Shown piece by piece: positions 31,703 through 42,206 of a stretch of DNA of 64,000 bases; positions within the stretch are counted from its first letter, which is position 1; each line of letters starts with the position of its first letter. The DNA comes from Candidatus Freyarchaeum deiterrae. GTDB lineage: Archaea > Asgardarchaeota > Jordiarchaeia > Jordiarchaeales > Jordiarchaeaceae. Location of the stretch: positions 1,280,001 through 1,344,000 of the forward strand of contig CP147778.1 of NCBI GenBank assembly GCA_037305845.1, in the 5' to 3' direction. A model generated the notes under the pieces. It saw only the letters and a list, made by a program, of their open reading frames with translations, did no database searches and was not told the origin of the DNA. Position numbers and translations under genes: made by a program.

Positions 31703-33280
31703 TTATATCTTTTTCAGTTCCTTTAATTTTTTGATTTTTCCCCTTAAGAGGATTTTTTCTGTTTCCATGTCTTGGCTTATAATCTCCTTTTTGCTTAGCT
31801 CTGAACTCTCCTGGAATATTTCGGTTAGGACTCTGCCATCCATATCACGTGGGATCGGTACTTGAAACATGTGGAGTACTGTGGGAGCGAGGTCGTAGAT
31901 TTTCGCGTTTTCTATCCTGTATCCCTCTTTGATGTCTGGACCATAAGCTATGAATACGCCTTGAAGTCTGTGATACGCTGACCAAACCTTATTTTCAAGG
32001 TCCCAGCTACTTCCCTGTAGAATGTCGAATATTCTGTAGCCTTCGTTCGGTATTACTACAAGGTCTGGTGCTAGCTCCAGATGTTCACCCTGATATATAT
32101 CCTCCTTCCTCTTGACGTCGATTACCAGATTTTCCCCAGTTTTCGGATTTTTTATCCCGTTTATTTCTTTTATTAGTTTGGTCCTTAGCGTTTCGTAACC
32201 GTTTCGGTCATGATTCAGATTTAAGAATATACCGCATTCTCCTACATTTATGGCCTTTGTTGTATTCCAGTCTGTTTGAGCTATCAAATCAGAAGCTTCT
32301 GCTAAATTAATCTTCAATTGCAGTCTGATGAGGTTTTTTCGGGGTATTAGTCGAACGATTTTATCTAAACCTAGTTTACGGATTACTTGTGATGTTTTCT
32401 TGTTGTATAACCGGAGGCTGGTTAATAGAATGTTTAAAGTGGATAGGTTTAGGTATCCTTTCTCCAGGAGCCACCGGTTCAGGTAGAATGTCGCTTTTAC
32501 ACTAGTAAAACCATGGTCGGACATGATTAAAATGTTAGTATCCTTTCCAAGCTGGTTGAGTAGCTTTCCGATTTCTGCGTCGATTACTTTCCAAATTTTT
32601 TCAATGACTCCACCGAATCTTTCATCTCGGTCCTCCATTTCTTTCCAGAAAAAGTGTTGTATGGCATCCGTGTAAAAGAGTGTTATGTGAGTAAAATCAG
32701 GCGAGTAACTCTGAATTAGATATTTTGTAGCCGCAAACCTTTTTTTAATAAGGTCTTCTACCTCTGAAACGAGTTTATTTTTTCTAGGTAATTGGCGCCT
32801 GGGATCAAGGGTGTATTCGCTAGGGTTTATCTTGTAGTCATACTTTTCGACCAGAGTCTTTTTCAAATCCTTTGGAAAGGTGTAATCCGCGGAATCAGAC
32901 ATGGGAAATCCGGAAACTATAAAGCCTTTAATTCTTCTTGGGGGGCATGAAAGGGGAAGGTTTATGACCCCAGAAGTTAAATCCTGCTCCCCTAAGTAGT
33001 CCCAAATTTCCTTACTTTGAAAAGGATCAGAATACATTACCTTTAATTCGGGATTTTTGACATCGAATCCGCACCAACTGTACAGGCCCAACTTCCCGGG
33101 ATTCTTACCAGTAGAATAAGATTTCCAAGCTGGCGCAGTTGAAAAGGGATAGGTACTCTGCAAATTCCCCCAAACCCCTTTTTCCATTAGCCTTCTAAAA
33201 GTTGGTAACTTTCCTTGCTCAACCAAGGGTAAAAGTATGTTCCAAGTCGCACCATCCAAACCTATTACTAAGACTTTCAA
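31703..33280 (-). CDS. AlkP-superfamily (NPP-like) protein, long form, copy 1
   Basis: VIGLDGATW, STYPFSTAPAW, TGKNPGK, DAIQHFFW, MSDHGF, IYDLAPTVL, DMDGRVL; TTG start. Confidence 0.9.
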   Translation of the reverse strand: MKVLVIGLDGATWNILLPLVEQGKLPTFRRLMEKGVWGNLQSTYPFSTAPAWKSYSTGKNPGKLGLYSWCGFDVKNPELKVMYSDPFQSKEIWDYLGEQDLTSGVINLPLSCPPRRIKGFIVSGFPMSDSADYTFPKDLKKTLVEKYDYKINPSEYTLDPRRQLPRKNKLVSEVEDLIKKRFAATKYLIQSYSPDFTHITLFYTDAIQHFFWKEMEDRDERFGGVIEKIWKVIDAEIGKLLNQLGKDTNILIMSDHGFTSVKATFYLNRWLLEKGYLNLSTLNILLTSLRLYNKKTSQVIRKLGLDKIVRLIPRKNLIRLQLKINLAEASDLIAQTDWNTTKAINVGECGIFLNLNHDRNGYETLRTKLIKEINGIKNPKTGENLVIDVKRKEDIYQGEHLELAPDLVVIPNEGYRIFDILQGSSWDLENKVWSAYHRLQGVFIAYGPDIKEGYRIENAKIYDLAPTVLHMFQVPIPRDMDGRVLTEIFQESSELSKKEIISQDMETEKILLRGKIKKLKELKKI

Positions 33281-33692
33281 GTTTAGGCCTCTGTTAGTTT
33301 AAGGGCAACTATGTAATGTAGTTAACCCTATTAAAATGTTTTCTCATCGGTCTATAACAGTCAAAATTCCTTTAAAATTAAACTATATGTGCAAATGAAA
33401 ACAACATCGCATATACGATAAACTACCTAAGTATAATTAATATCTTTTACTACCTAATTTCTTTTAGAAAATTTCTAGTATTGACAACAATTTAGGAATC
33501 AGTGTACCTTTCCATGTTTGGCATCAATAAAAAAAGTTTATGATTAATCTGTCAGTAATGCTCAATGCTGCTCGCTTCAAAAATGAATGAGTATTGAAAA
33601 TTTTGAAGCGTATAATCACAAATAAAAAAAATAAATTTGGAAAAATTTTGAAACAATTCATTTATGGAGTTTGAAAGGAGAATTGTCTATCT

Positions 33693-35279
33693 TTATATCT
33701 TTTTTGTTTCCTTTAATTTTTCTATTTTTTTCTTTATAAGAACTTTTTCTGTATCCACATCTCTGTACACAGTCTCTTTTTTAGCCAACTCGGAGTTTTC
33801 CCGGAATATTTCGGCCAAGACTCTGCCATCCATATCTCTTGGAATCGGTACTTGGAACATATGAAGTACTGTGGGAGCGAGGTCGTAGATTTTCGCGTTT
33901 TCTATCTTGTTCCCCTTTCTAATATCTGGACCGTATGCTATGAATACGCCTTGAAGTTTATGAAATGCTGACCAAACTTCATTTTCATAATCCCAGTTAT
34001 TTCTGAGTATACTGTCGTATATTCTGTAGCCTTCGTTCGGTATTACTACAAGGTCTGGTGCTAGCTCCAGATACTCTCCGTGATATATTTCCTCCTTCCT
34101 TTTGACATCGGTTAATAGATTTTCCCCTGTTTGTGGGTTCTTTATCCTTTTCATTTCTGTTATTAATTGTGTCCTTAGCGTTTCGTAATCATTTCGGTCA
34201 TGATTCGGATTTAGGAAAACGCCACAATCGCCCACATTGATGGCCTTAGTTGTACTCCAGTCTGCTTGAATTATCAACCTAGGACTTGGGATTTCTGATG
34301 GGTTTAGTCTCTGTTGAAGTTCAATTAATGTTGACTTGGGTATAAGCCGCTCAACAATTTTATCAAAACCTAGTTTACGGATTACTTGTGATGTTTTCTT
34401 GTTGTATAACCGGAGGCTGGTTAATAGGATGTTTAAAGTGGATAGGTTTAGGTATCCTTTCTCCAGGAGCCACCGGTTCAGGGAGAATGTTGCTTTTAAG
34501 CCAGTGAAACCATGGTCGGACATGACTAAAATGTTAGTATCCTTTCCAAGCTGGTTGAGTAGCTTTCCGATTTCTGCGTCGATTATTTTCCATATTTTTT
34601 CAATGACTCCACCGAATCTTTCATCTCTGTCCTCCATTTCTTTCCAGAAAAAGTGTTGTATGGCATCAGTGTAAAAGAGTGTTGTGTGAGTAAAATCAGG
34701 CGAGTAATTCTGAATTAGATATTTTGTCGCTTCAAATTCATTTTTAATAAGTTCTTCTATCTCTGAAATGAGTTTATTTTTTCTGGGTAATTGGCGCTTT
34801 GGATCAAGGGTGTATTCGCTAGGGTTTATCTTGTAGTCATACTTTTCGACTAAGGTTTTTTTCAAATCCTTTGGAAAGGTGTAATCTGCGGAATCAGACA
34901 TGGGGAACCCGGAAACTATAAAGCCTTTAATTCTTCTTGGGGGGCATGATAGGGGAAGGTTTATGACCCCGGAAGTTAGACCTTGTTCCCCTAAGTAATC
35001 CCAAATTTCCTTACTTTGAAAAGGATCAGAATACATTACTCTTAATTCAAGATTTTTGGCGTTGAATTCGCACCAACTGTACAGGCCCAACTTCCCGGGA
35101 TTCTTACCCGTAGAATAAGATTTCCAAGCTGGCGCAGTTGAAGAGGGATAGGTACTCTGCAAATTCCCCCAAACACCTTTTTCCATAAGCTTTCCAAGAG
35201 TTGGTAACTTTCCTTGCTCAACCAAGGGTAAAAGTATATTCCATGTTGCGCCGTCTAAACCAATTACCAAGACCTTCAA
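33693..35279 (-). CDS. AlkP-superfamily (NPP-like) protein, long form, copy 2
   Basis: Tandem paralogue of 31703-33280 with the same motifs. Confidence 0.9.
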   Translation of the reverse strand: MKVLVIGLDGATWNILLPLVEQGKLPTLGKLMEKGVWGNLQSTYPSSTAPAWKSYSTGKNPGKLGLYSWCEFNAKNLELRVMYSDPFQSKEIWDYLGEQGLTSGVINLPLSCPPRRIKGFIVSGFPMSDSADYTFPKDLKKTLVEKYDYKINPSEYTLDPKRQLPRKNKLISEIEELIKNEFEATKYLIQNYSPDFTHTTLFYTDAIQHFFWKEMEDRDERFGGVIEKIWKIIDAEIGKLLNQLGKDTNILVMSDHGFTGLKATFSLNRWLLEKGYLNLSTLNILLTSLRLYNKKTSQVIRKLGFDKIVERLIPKSTLIELQQRLNPSEIPSPRLIIQADWSTTKAINVGDCGVFLNPNHDRNDYETLRTQLITEMKRIKNPQTGENLLTDVKRKEEIYHGEYLELAPDLVVIPNEGYRIYDSILRNNWDYENEVWSAFHKLQGVFIAYGPDIRKGNKIENAKIYDLAPTVLHMFQVPIPRDMDGRVLAEIFRENSELAKKETVYRDVDTEKVLIKKKIEKLKETKKI

Positions 35280-35629
35280 GTTCTTACACCACCGTTACAA
35301 GTTACACCTTACATGGCGATTAAACCTTTTTTTGTCTTCTTTCCGGTAACCAACATAAAAGAATTGAATAAAACACATTTTGGAGCCAAATCATATTATC
35401 ATATTAGTTGATATTTTTGAAGAGATAAACGGGTAATATCTTAAAATAAATATCATAGTTGTTTTGTTCTATTTTCAAACTAAGAAATCGTTAACGAAGA
35501 GGCTTAAAAAGAATCCGAATAGAGCATATTACTTTCCCAACTAATGTAATGCAAAGACTTTTACTAGTACAATTCGATTAATATTATTAAGGAAGGTAGG
35601 ATACTAAGTAGTTTTGAGGAGATAAAGAA

Positions 35630-36433
35630 GTGGATATCTCAGTGATAATTCCTGCAAAAAATTCTGAAAGAACTATGGGCAAATGTTTACGTTCGGTGTT
35701 TACTCAAACATTCAAACCCTTCGATGTGATCGTGGTAGATGGAGGTTCAACAGATAGAACTCAAAACATAGCTAAAGAGTTGGGAGCTAAAGTTTTTCTA
35801 GAACCTGAACATATTGGTTCTGTGCCGGGTATTGGTCGAAATTATGGGGCAAAGCACACTAAGGGGGATGTACTTGCCTTTTTAGATTCGGACTGTTATC
35901 CAGAAAAAACATGGTTAAGTAAAGTCTCAAAAATTTTAAGCAATCCAAAGGTTGGCATCTATGGAATAATTGTGGATGTTACAAGAGAGGAACCTATTGC
36001 AAGCCAAGCATTCCATTATCTTCATAAGCAAATAAACTATGACTTCGTTCCCTCTCGTTGTATGGCAATTCGAAAAGAGTTATTCTGGAAAGTCGGAGGA
36101 TTTGATGAGAAATTACCCACGGGAGAGGACAACGATTTATCATATAGAATAAAAGAACAAGGATATGAACTTGTTATCGATAAGAAATCTGAAGTTTATC
36201 ACGATGACGAGCATATGAAAACATTATTAGGAATATGGCATTTACAGAAATGGTATGCTTCAACAGAAAGAGAGATGAGGGATAAATATCCTGAAAGGTT
36301 CAGAAGGTTAAAAACGACAAGACCTCTAAATGAACACCTACTACCAGTCATCAAATCTATAAAATACGGGTTAAAGTTTAGTGTGACCTGCATTATAATT
36401 AAAGGTTTATCCGCGTGGAGGCATCTCATTTAA
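35630..36433 (+). CDS. GT2 glycosyltransferase
   Basis: SVIIPAKN, VDGGSTDRT, FLDSD, GGFDE..GEDNDL. Confidence 0.92.
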   Translation: MDISVIIPAKNSERTMGKCLRSVFTQTFKPFDVIVVDGGSTDRTQNIAKELGAKVFLEPEHIGSVPGIGRNYGAKHTKGDVLAFLDSDCYPEKTWLSKVSKILSNPKVGIYGIIVDVTREEPIASQAFHYLHKQINYDFVPSRCMAIRKELFWKVGGFDEKLPTGEDNDLSYRIKEQGYELVIDKKSEVYHDDEHMKTLLGIWHLQKWYASTEREMRDKYPERFRRLKTTRPLNEHLLPVIKSIKYGLKFSVTCIIIKGLSAWRHLI

Positions 36434-36592
36434 TAAGAATAATAGGGACTTGAGAAAAGAACCCAGATTCTATGCGTTTCAGTTGTTCTAGATTTCTAAA
36501 GTATATTTTTAGAGTTTCCAATAAAAGAAATTTGAATGCTACAAGAATGAGTAAAGATAGTACGCTTGAAAGAATTAAAAATGCTTACCCCT

Positions 36593-37642
36593 CTACAATT
36601 TATATTTTTGAAAAGGGTATAATGGTCTTGTTTTTATGATTACTTTAAATATATTTTTGTCCGGAACTCTTCGGAAATTATGTTGTACTTCTCTTCTTTT
36701 AAAAAGTGTACTTTTGAGATTTAACAAATTCCAAATCATGGCTTTAAAAATGGCTTTAGCCAGTTTGAGTCTTTCGGAATGTTCAAGTTTTTTTATAAAG
36801 ATGTAATAAAACATATGTAAAAACTCTAGAAAAATGAGGAAGCCCAGGTATTTTATTAGATTGTAGCAGTTATAATTTTTAATTAGCGTACAAATTCTGT
36901 TTTTATCATGGTGGAATTTTGAAAGACTAGGAACCTTCTTAGCTGAAGCCCCTCCCATATGATATATCACCGAGTTTGGCACAAAGACAACCCTGTAACC
37001 CACCAGCATTATTTTCCATGAAAAGTCAACTTCCTCGTAGTAAAAGAAGTAGTTCGGGTCTAAGCCCCCAAGATAATGGAATAAGTCTTTCCTAAAAACA
37101 GCCGCAGCTCCCTTGGCATAAAATATGTCCTCAATTTTATTATACTGCCCCCTATCTTCATCCATAAAACCCCTCTCGATAGCAAAACCGTAAGGATTTA
37201 TGAATCCCCCCGCACAGTCTATTTGTGTGCTAAGGTGGTTGCTATTCTGCATTGAAAGTATCTTGCTCTGTGCAGCCCCTACCTCGGTGTCGTTATCCAA
37301 AATTTTTACCAATTCGTTTAACCAGTGCTTATCCACTAGCGTATCATTGTTCAGAAGGTAAATATAATCTCCCTTTGCAAACCTCGCTCCCACATTGTTG
37401 CCTTCTGCGAATCCTAAATTCTTAGAATTCTTGACAATTACAAAGGGAATATTCTTCGCTTCAAAAAAAGGTTTAACCCCATTTATAATTTCGATGCTTC
37501 GATCTTTCGAATTGTTATCGACCACAATAACCTCAAAATTGGGATAATCGGTATCCAGAACAGATTTTAAGCAGTTTTCCAAAAACTTCTCACCATTATA
37601 ATTCAAAATAATTACTGAGATGGAAGAATATTTCTTTTTCAT
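36593..37642 (-). CDS. GT2 glycosyltransferase (rhamnosyltransferase-like subfamily)
   Basis: IILNYNG, NLGFAEGNN, LLNNDT, YFFYYEEVD, IYHMGG. Confidence 0.92.
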   Translation of the reverse strand: MKKKYSSISVIILNYNGEKFLENCLKSVLDTDYPNFEVIVVDNNSKDRSIEIINGVKPFFEAKNIPFVIVKNSKNLGFAEGNNVGARFAKGDYIYLLNNDTLVDKHWLNELVKILDNDTEVGAAQSKILSMQNSNHLSTQIDCAGGFINPYGFAIERGFMDEDRGQYNKIEDIFYAKGAAAVFRKDLFHYLGGLDPNYFFYYEEVDFSWKIMLVGYRVVFVPNSVIYHMGGASAKKVPSLSKFHHDKNRICTLIKNYNCYNLIKYLGFLIFLEFLHMFYYIFIKKLEHSERLKLAKAIFKAMIWNLLNLKSTLFKRREVQHNFRRVPDKNIFKVIIKTRPLYPFQKYKL

Positions 37643-38148
37643 GTGCTCTTTGTCCTCCCATACTTCTAAAATTTCGGAGTAAGAGTAAAAATACGAATAC
37701 CGTTTGTCTTTTGCATTTATCTGAAGCTGCTATATATGTTAGAAGTTATGTATTTATTCATTCTATTTTTTAACATTATTTAACATTAAAAACTCTTAAC
37801 ATTAACCGATATAAATAGTTTAATTAGATTTGCTTTTTCGAAGCCCCGTTGCTCTCAAATATAGAAATGATTCTATGCGTTCATAAATTAACAAGTCTAT
37901 CAAAGATGAGTATTCTAACCTTTCTTGTTACTGGACTCAATCGTTTAATTCTTTTTCTCTTCATCATATATCGCTACAAATATATTTGGAAATTGTTGGT
38001 TAATGCCGATTTTTCAATTTCTAGATTAGAGGATTTATATCGAAGTGTTATATATTAACAAAAGTATACACCTTTGAATAAGCTAGCTTAGTGGAATGCT
38101 AGAGTAGGTTAAATTCGAAAAAGGTAAATGATAAAATGATGGCAAAAT

Positions 38149-39165
38149 TTATAGTATAGCTCCGTCGATTTCAATGTTTTTGATAAGGGTTTGCATTTCT
38201 AGGAGATGTTTGTACCATTGGACTGTTATGGTTCTTGGGTCATCGCCGTTTACTTTTCCATTTTTGAGGTTTTCATATATTTCTTTTGCTCCTTCTTTAG
38301 GTGTTTGAGATGGTTTAAAGTTTAGCGTTTCATTGATTTTGTTGAAGTCTACTTTATAGCTTCTCTTATCAGGTGAACCGTACCATTCATAGGTAAATGG
38401 CAGATCAATGGATTCTGCTATGAGTTCTGCTAGGTTATAAATCTGAAAGTTTTGCTCGTTGCTGCCTGCGTTAAATATTTGTCCTTTGACAAGTTCGGAA
38501 TCAGCTTCTAATACTTTAATGAAGGCGTTTGATGTATCTTTCACGTGTATAAAGGGGCGCCATTGTTTTCCATCCCTCATAATAGATATCTTGCCTTTTT
38601 TGAAGAAATCTAAAACCATTCCGTTAATTGCTAGGTCAAATCTCATCCTTTGAGATAAGCCGTAGACAGTGGCTTGTCTAAGCACAGTTACAGAGAATGA
38701 ATCATCGTTTAGTGGTAGGATTTCTTCTTCAGCTAATGCATTTGCCTTAGCATAGGTTGTTAATGGCTCAAGATTGGACTCCTCTGTTATGTTACCCTCT
38801 TGGAATCCATATACACTACAACTACTGGCTAAAACATATTTAGGGATTCTGTATTTTTTAGAGAGTTTGGCTACTCTTACTCTTCCTCTATAATTTATGT
38901 CTAGCGTTTTTTGAGGGTCTAGCTCGCCGCTAGGGTCGTTTGATAGAGAGGCTAAGTCGAGGACGGCGTCCAAGCCTCTCAGAATATTTGGTTTGAACCA
39001 TCTGATGTCATCTTTGACTAAGCGTATTCTGTCAGCGATATTCTTTATAGGATCGATTCCGAAGAATAATCTATCTAGACACGTTACCTCGTAGCCATTT
39101 TCTGAAAGTATTCTGGATAGGACGGATCCTATGTAGCCTGCGCCTCCTGTTACTAATACTTTCAT
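38149..39165 (-). CDS. NAD-dependent epimerase/reductase (extended SDR)
   Basis: TGGAGYIGS, ASLSNDP, SSCSVYG, PLTTYAKAN, RMRFDL, WRPFIHVKD. Confidence 0.88.
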   Translation of the reverse strand: MKVLVTGGAGYIGSVLSRILSENGYEVTCLDRLFFGIDPIKNIADRIRLVKDDIRWFKPNILRGLDAVLDLASLSNDPSGELDPQKTLDINYRGRVRVAKLSKKYRIPKYVLASSCSVYGFQEGNITEESNLEPLTTYAKANALAEEEILPLNDDSFSVTVLRQATVYGLSQRMRFDLAINGMVLDFFKKGKISIMRDGKQWRPFIHVKDTSNAFIKVLEADSELVKGQIFNAGSNEQNFQIYNLAELIAESIDLPFTYEWYGSPDKRSYKVDFNKINETLNFKPSQTPKEGAKEIYENLKNGKVNGDDPRTITVQWYKHLLEMQTLIKNIEIDGAIL

Positions 39166-39276
39166 TTATTGTCACTTCTTATTTTTGTAGGTAGCTGAAT
39201 TAGTTCCATGTTTTTGAGTGGCATTTTACTAAGGGCACAATCTTTATCTCCATTATTTTTTATTTTAATTTTTGCT

Positions 39277-40248
39277 CTAATTCTCGGTTGTATTGCTAGA
39301 TGTTTTTAATTTGCTTTCCATTTCTTGATAGTATTCTAATGTTTTTTTAAGTCCTTCTTTAACTGATACTTTCCAGTTCCACCCCAGTTGTTTGATTTTG
39401 CCGTTATCAATTACGATGTTTCCAACATCTACACGTTTGTGATAGTCTGGAGATTTAACATAAACCAATTTTCCCGATGTTAATTCTTCAATCCACTTTC
39501 CAATTTCATAAAACCATGTTGCCTTGTTTGTTCCGACGAAGTAAAGCTCCCCACTTTTGCCTCTTTCCATGATGACCTCTGCCGCGGATACAATATCAGA
39601 GACGTAGATGTAATCTCTGAAGAATTTCCCCTCATCGTATATGGTTACGTCTTCACCTTTGAAGCCTTTATAGAGTAAGTAGTTCAAGCCGGCTTTCCTT
39701 GGATTATCGTGTTGCTCCCTAGGGCCGAAAGTATTAGTAAGCCGCATCACAATCGCGTCTAAATCATAGACTTTGTTGTAAATCTTGCAATAATGTTCGC
39801 TTGCCAGGCGGTTGGCTGCATAAATATTTAACGGGTTGCATGGTGTTTCCTCGTTTATCGGTAAGGACTCCGGTCTTCCAACAACCCAAAATGTGCTGCC
39901 TAAAATAAAGCGGCAGGGTCTTCTCAGCTTCCTAATGGTTTCCAATGCAACTATTGTGGTCTTCACATTTACGTCGACATCATATAGTGGATTTTCAAAT
40001 GATTCATAGTGAGTTAACTGCCCCGCGAGATGAAAGATTACATCTGGTTGATACCTTAAGATGGTTGATTCTAGCCACTCAAAATTGGTAATGTCTCCAC
40101 ATTCAATCTTCACTTTATCTAAAATGTTGGTGATGTTTTGTAACTTTTGCTTACTTCTGGATATAATGACGACTTCATGGTCAGAGTTGACTAATTTCTC
40201 GGAAAGATGGCTACCGACGAACCCCATTCCACCTAAAATTAATATTAT
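39277..40248 (-). CDS. NAD-dependent epimerase/reductase (candidate NDP-4-keto-dideoxyhexose reductase); probable ATA start at 40248 (track: 40227)
   Basis: In-frame (I)ILILGGMGFVGSHL, FHLAG, PLNIYAANR, RLTNTFGP, RDYIYVSD; directly downstream of rfbH. Confidence 0.8.
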   Translation of the reverse strand: MILILGGMGFVGSHLSEKLVNSDHEVVIISRSKQKLQNITNILDKVKIECGDITNFEWLESTILRYQPDVIFHLAGQLTHYESFENPLYDVDVNVKTTIVALETIRKLRRPCRFILGSTFWVVGRPESLPINEETPCNPLNIYAANRLASEHYCKIYNKVYDLDAIVMRLTNTFGPREQHDNPRKAGLNYLLYKGFKGEDVTIYDEGKFFRDYIYVSDIVSAAEVIMERGKSGELYFVGTNKATWFYEIGKWIEELTSGKLVYVKSPDYHKRVDVGNIVIDNGKIKQLGWNWKVSVKEGLKKTLEYYQEMESKLKTSSNTTEN

Positions 40249-40269
40249 AAAAAACCCTCCTATTAGGAA

Positions 40270-41568
40270 TTATTTCCCCACTTTCCTTAAGAACTCTTCA
40301 AAGGTGTTGACCATATAATTTAGCATATCTTCGGTAAGACCTGGATGCACCCCGACAAAAAAGGATGAAGTCATTACACGGTCTGCATTCTTCAATTCTC
40401 CCACTACTCTGCAATCAATGCCTTGGTAAGCAGGTTGTTTTAAAATATTACCTGAAAAGATTGGTCTTGTGTCGATGTGGTATTTCTCGAGAAAGTTAAC
40501 TATATCTTTCCTCACAAAGGGTGCGTCATCCTTAACCGTAATAGGGAATGTAAACCAACATGGATCTGACTTTGGTAGGGCTTCTGGAAGAATCAGGTAA
40601 TCTTCAAATTCCAATAGCTCATTGTATAATTTGTGAAAATTTTCTTTTCTTTTCTGAATAAAGCTGGGAAGTCTCTGTAGCTGTTGTAGCCCTATAGCTG
40701 CTTGAAGATCTAACGGTTTTAGATTATAGCCTATGTTAATGTAGGTAAATCGTTTGTCATAATCCGGAAGCGGAGATTTAGAAAATCTTAGGGGGCAGTT
40801 AGCGTTTGGGTCTAAAGAAATTTTGCAGACGGGACAAACGCAAGCTCTACCCCAGTCTCTAAGTGATCTAACGGTTAGGGAGATTTCTTCATTATTTGTC
40901 ACTATGGCTCCGCCTTCTCCCATGGTTATATGGTGAGCTGGATAAAAACTAAAAGTGCCTACATCTCCAAAAGTTGAGACGTATTTTCCGTTGTACCTTG
41001 AACCTAAAGCGTCACAAGCATCTTCAATGACATATAAGTCGTGTTCCTCTGCAAAGTCCATTATATAGTCCATTTCATTTGGATTGCCTAGGGTATGAGG
41101 AAGCATGATAAGTTTAACCTCTTTCGAAAAGGCATTTTTCAATTCTGAAGCATTAATATTGTACGTTGTAGGATTTATATCCATTAAAACAGGCCTGATA
41201 CCTTTTTGAATTAATGGATTTAGTGTTGTCGGAAAGGTTGTAGCTGGCGTGATTGCTTCTGCTCCTTTGGGAATATCAAGAGATTCAACAGCCAATAAGT
41301 TAGCTGAGGAACCGCTGTTTACTAGCACGCAGTATTTTGTTCCTAGAAATTTTAAAAACTGTTTTTCAAATTCAGCCGCGTATTTTCCGATTCCAAACCA
41401 TCCTGAAAGCAGTGATTTTAATGCTGCAAAAATTTCATGATGGTCATAAACAGCCCAAGCGTAATGAATAGTGGTTTCACCTGGAACAAACTCTTCTTTC
41501 CTCTCTTCAAATATTAGCTCTAAAAGTTTGAAAAGTTCTTTATCGTAAGCTTCTGATATTACTTTCAA
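40270..41568 (-). CDS. rfbH: NDP-4-keto-6-deoxyglucose 3-dehydratase (E1, RfbH/DdhC-like)
   Basis: NSGSSANLLA, HTLGNP, EDACDALG, SFYPAHHITMGEGG (His in place of the PLP Lys), RDWGRACVC Fe-S cysteines, GYNLK. Confidence 0.88.
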   Translation of the reverse strand: MKVISEAYDKELFKLLELIFEERKEEFVPGETTIHYAWAVYDHHEIFAALKSLLSGWFGIGKYAAEFEKQFLKFLGTKYCVLVNSGSSANLLAVESLDIPKGAEAITPATTFPTTLNPLIQKGIRPVLMDINPTTYNINASELKNAFSKEVKLIMLPHTLGNPNEMDYIMDFAEEHDLYVIEDACDALGSRYNGKYVSTFGDVGTFSFYPAHHITMGEGGAIVTNNEEISLTVRSLRDWGRACVCPVCKISLDPNANCPLRFSKSPLPDYDKRFTYINIGYNLKPLDLQAAIGLQQLQRLPSFIQKRKENFHKLYNELLEFEDYLILPEALPKSDPCWFTFPITVKDDAPFVRKDIVNFLEKYHIDTRPIFSGNILKQPAYQGIDCRVVGELKNADRVMTSSFFVGVHPGLTEDMLNYMVNTFEEFLRKVGK

Positions 41569-42206
41569 CTCTCCTATTTTTTATTGGAATCCATCCAAAA
41601 TATTGTAGATTTAAGACAATAAACTCCCTTAATAATTTTATTTTTGGAATTTTTAGATTTTTTGTCCTATATGCTTGCTTTTTTAAGTTATTGCAAGCCT
41701 TCTACAAAAATGAAATCTTGCAAATATTAGGACAGTAAAAGATGTTGAATAGTGGATTGGCTTTGGACAACGTAGTGTTTGACTTTTCAGCATATCAGAA
41801 AGGAAAGGTAAAATTTGCAACTTATTTCCAAGAATCTAACATATTTCGGGATTTGCTAAAGAAGAAGAACAGGCTAACAAAATTTGAAAGTATGAAACCG
41901 ATACTATATTACCCGTTAGTGGAGTCATTTAATTGTAAACGAAAGTGCTTTTAGAGTGTAAAAAATGATGAATCCGAAAACTAAATATAAATTAGAATCC
42001 TTGGAAGTATTATACAGGTAATAATAAAACCATTTGGGGAGTAAACCAATTAAATTTTAGTAATATAACTTTCTTTATAACTCATGTAAAGATTCTTTAT
42101 CTGTTTTGTATCAAATTTTAAAACGGCTATAAAGCCGATAAGGTAAAATAGATATTTAATAAGGAGTTTGCTAAGGGGTTATAACAGATAGCAAAAATGC
42201 CAGGTA

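Noticed and set aside
27727-35279. Calling the three AlkP-fold proteins sulfatases
   Set aside because: No C/SxPxR formylglycine motif; they have an NPP-like Thr instead
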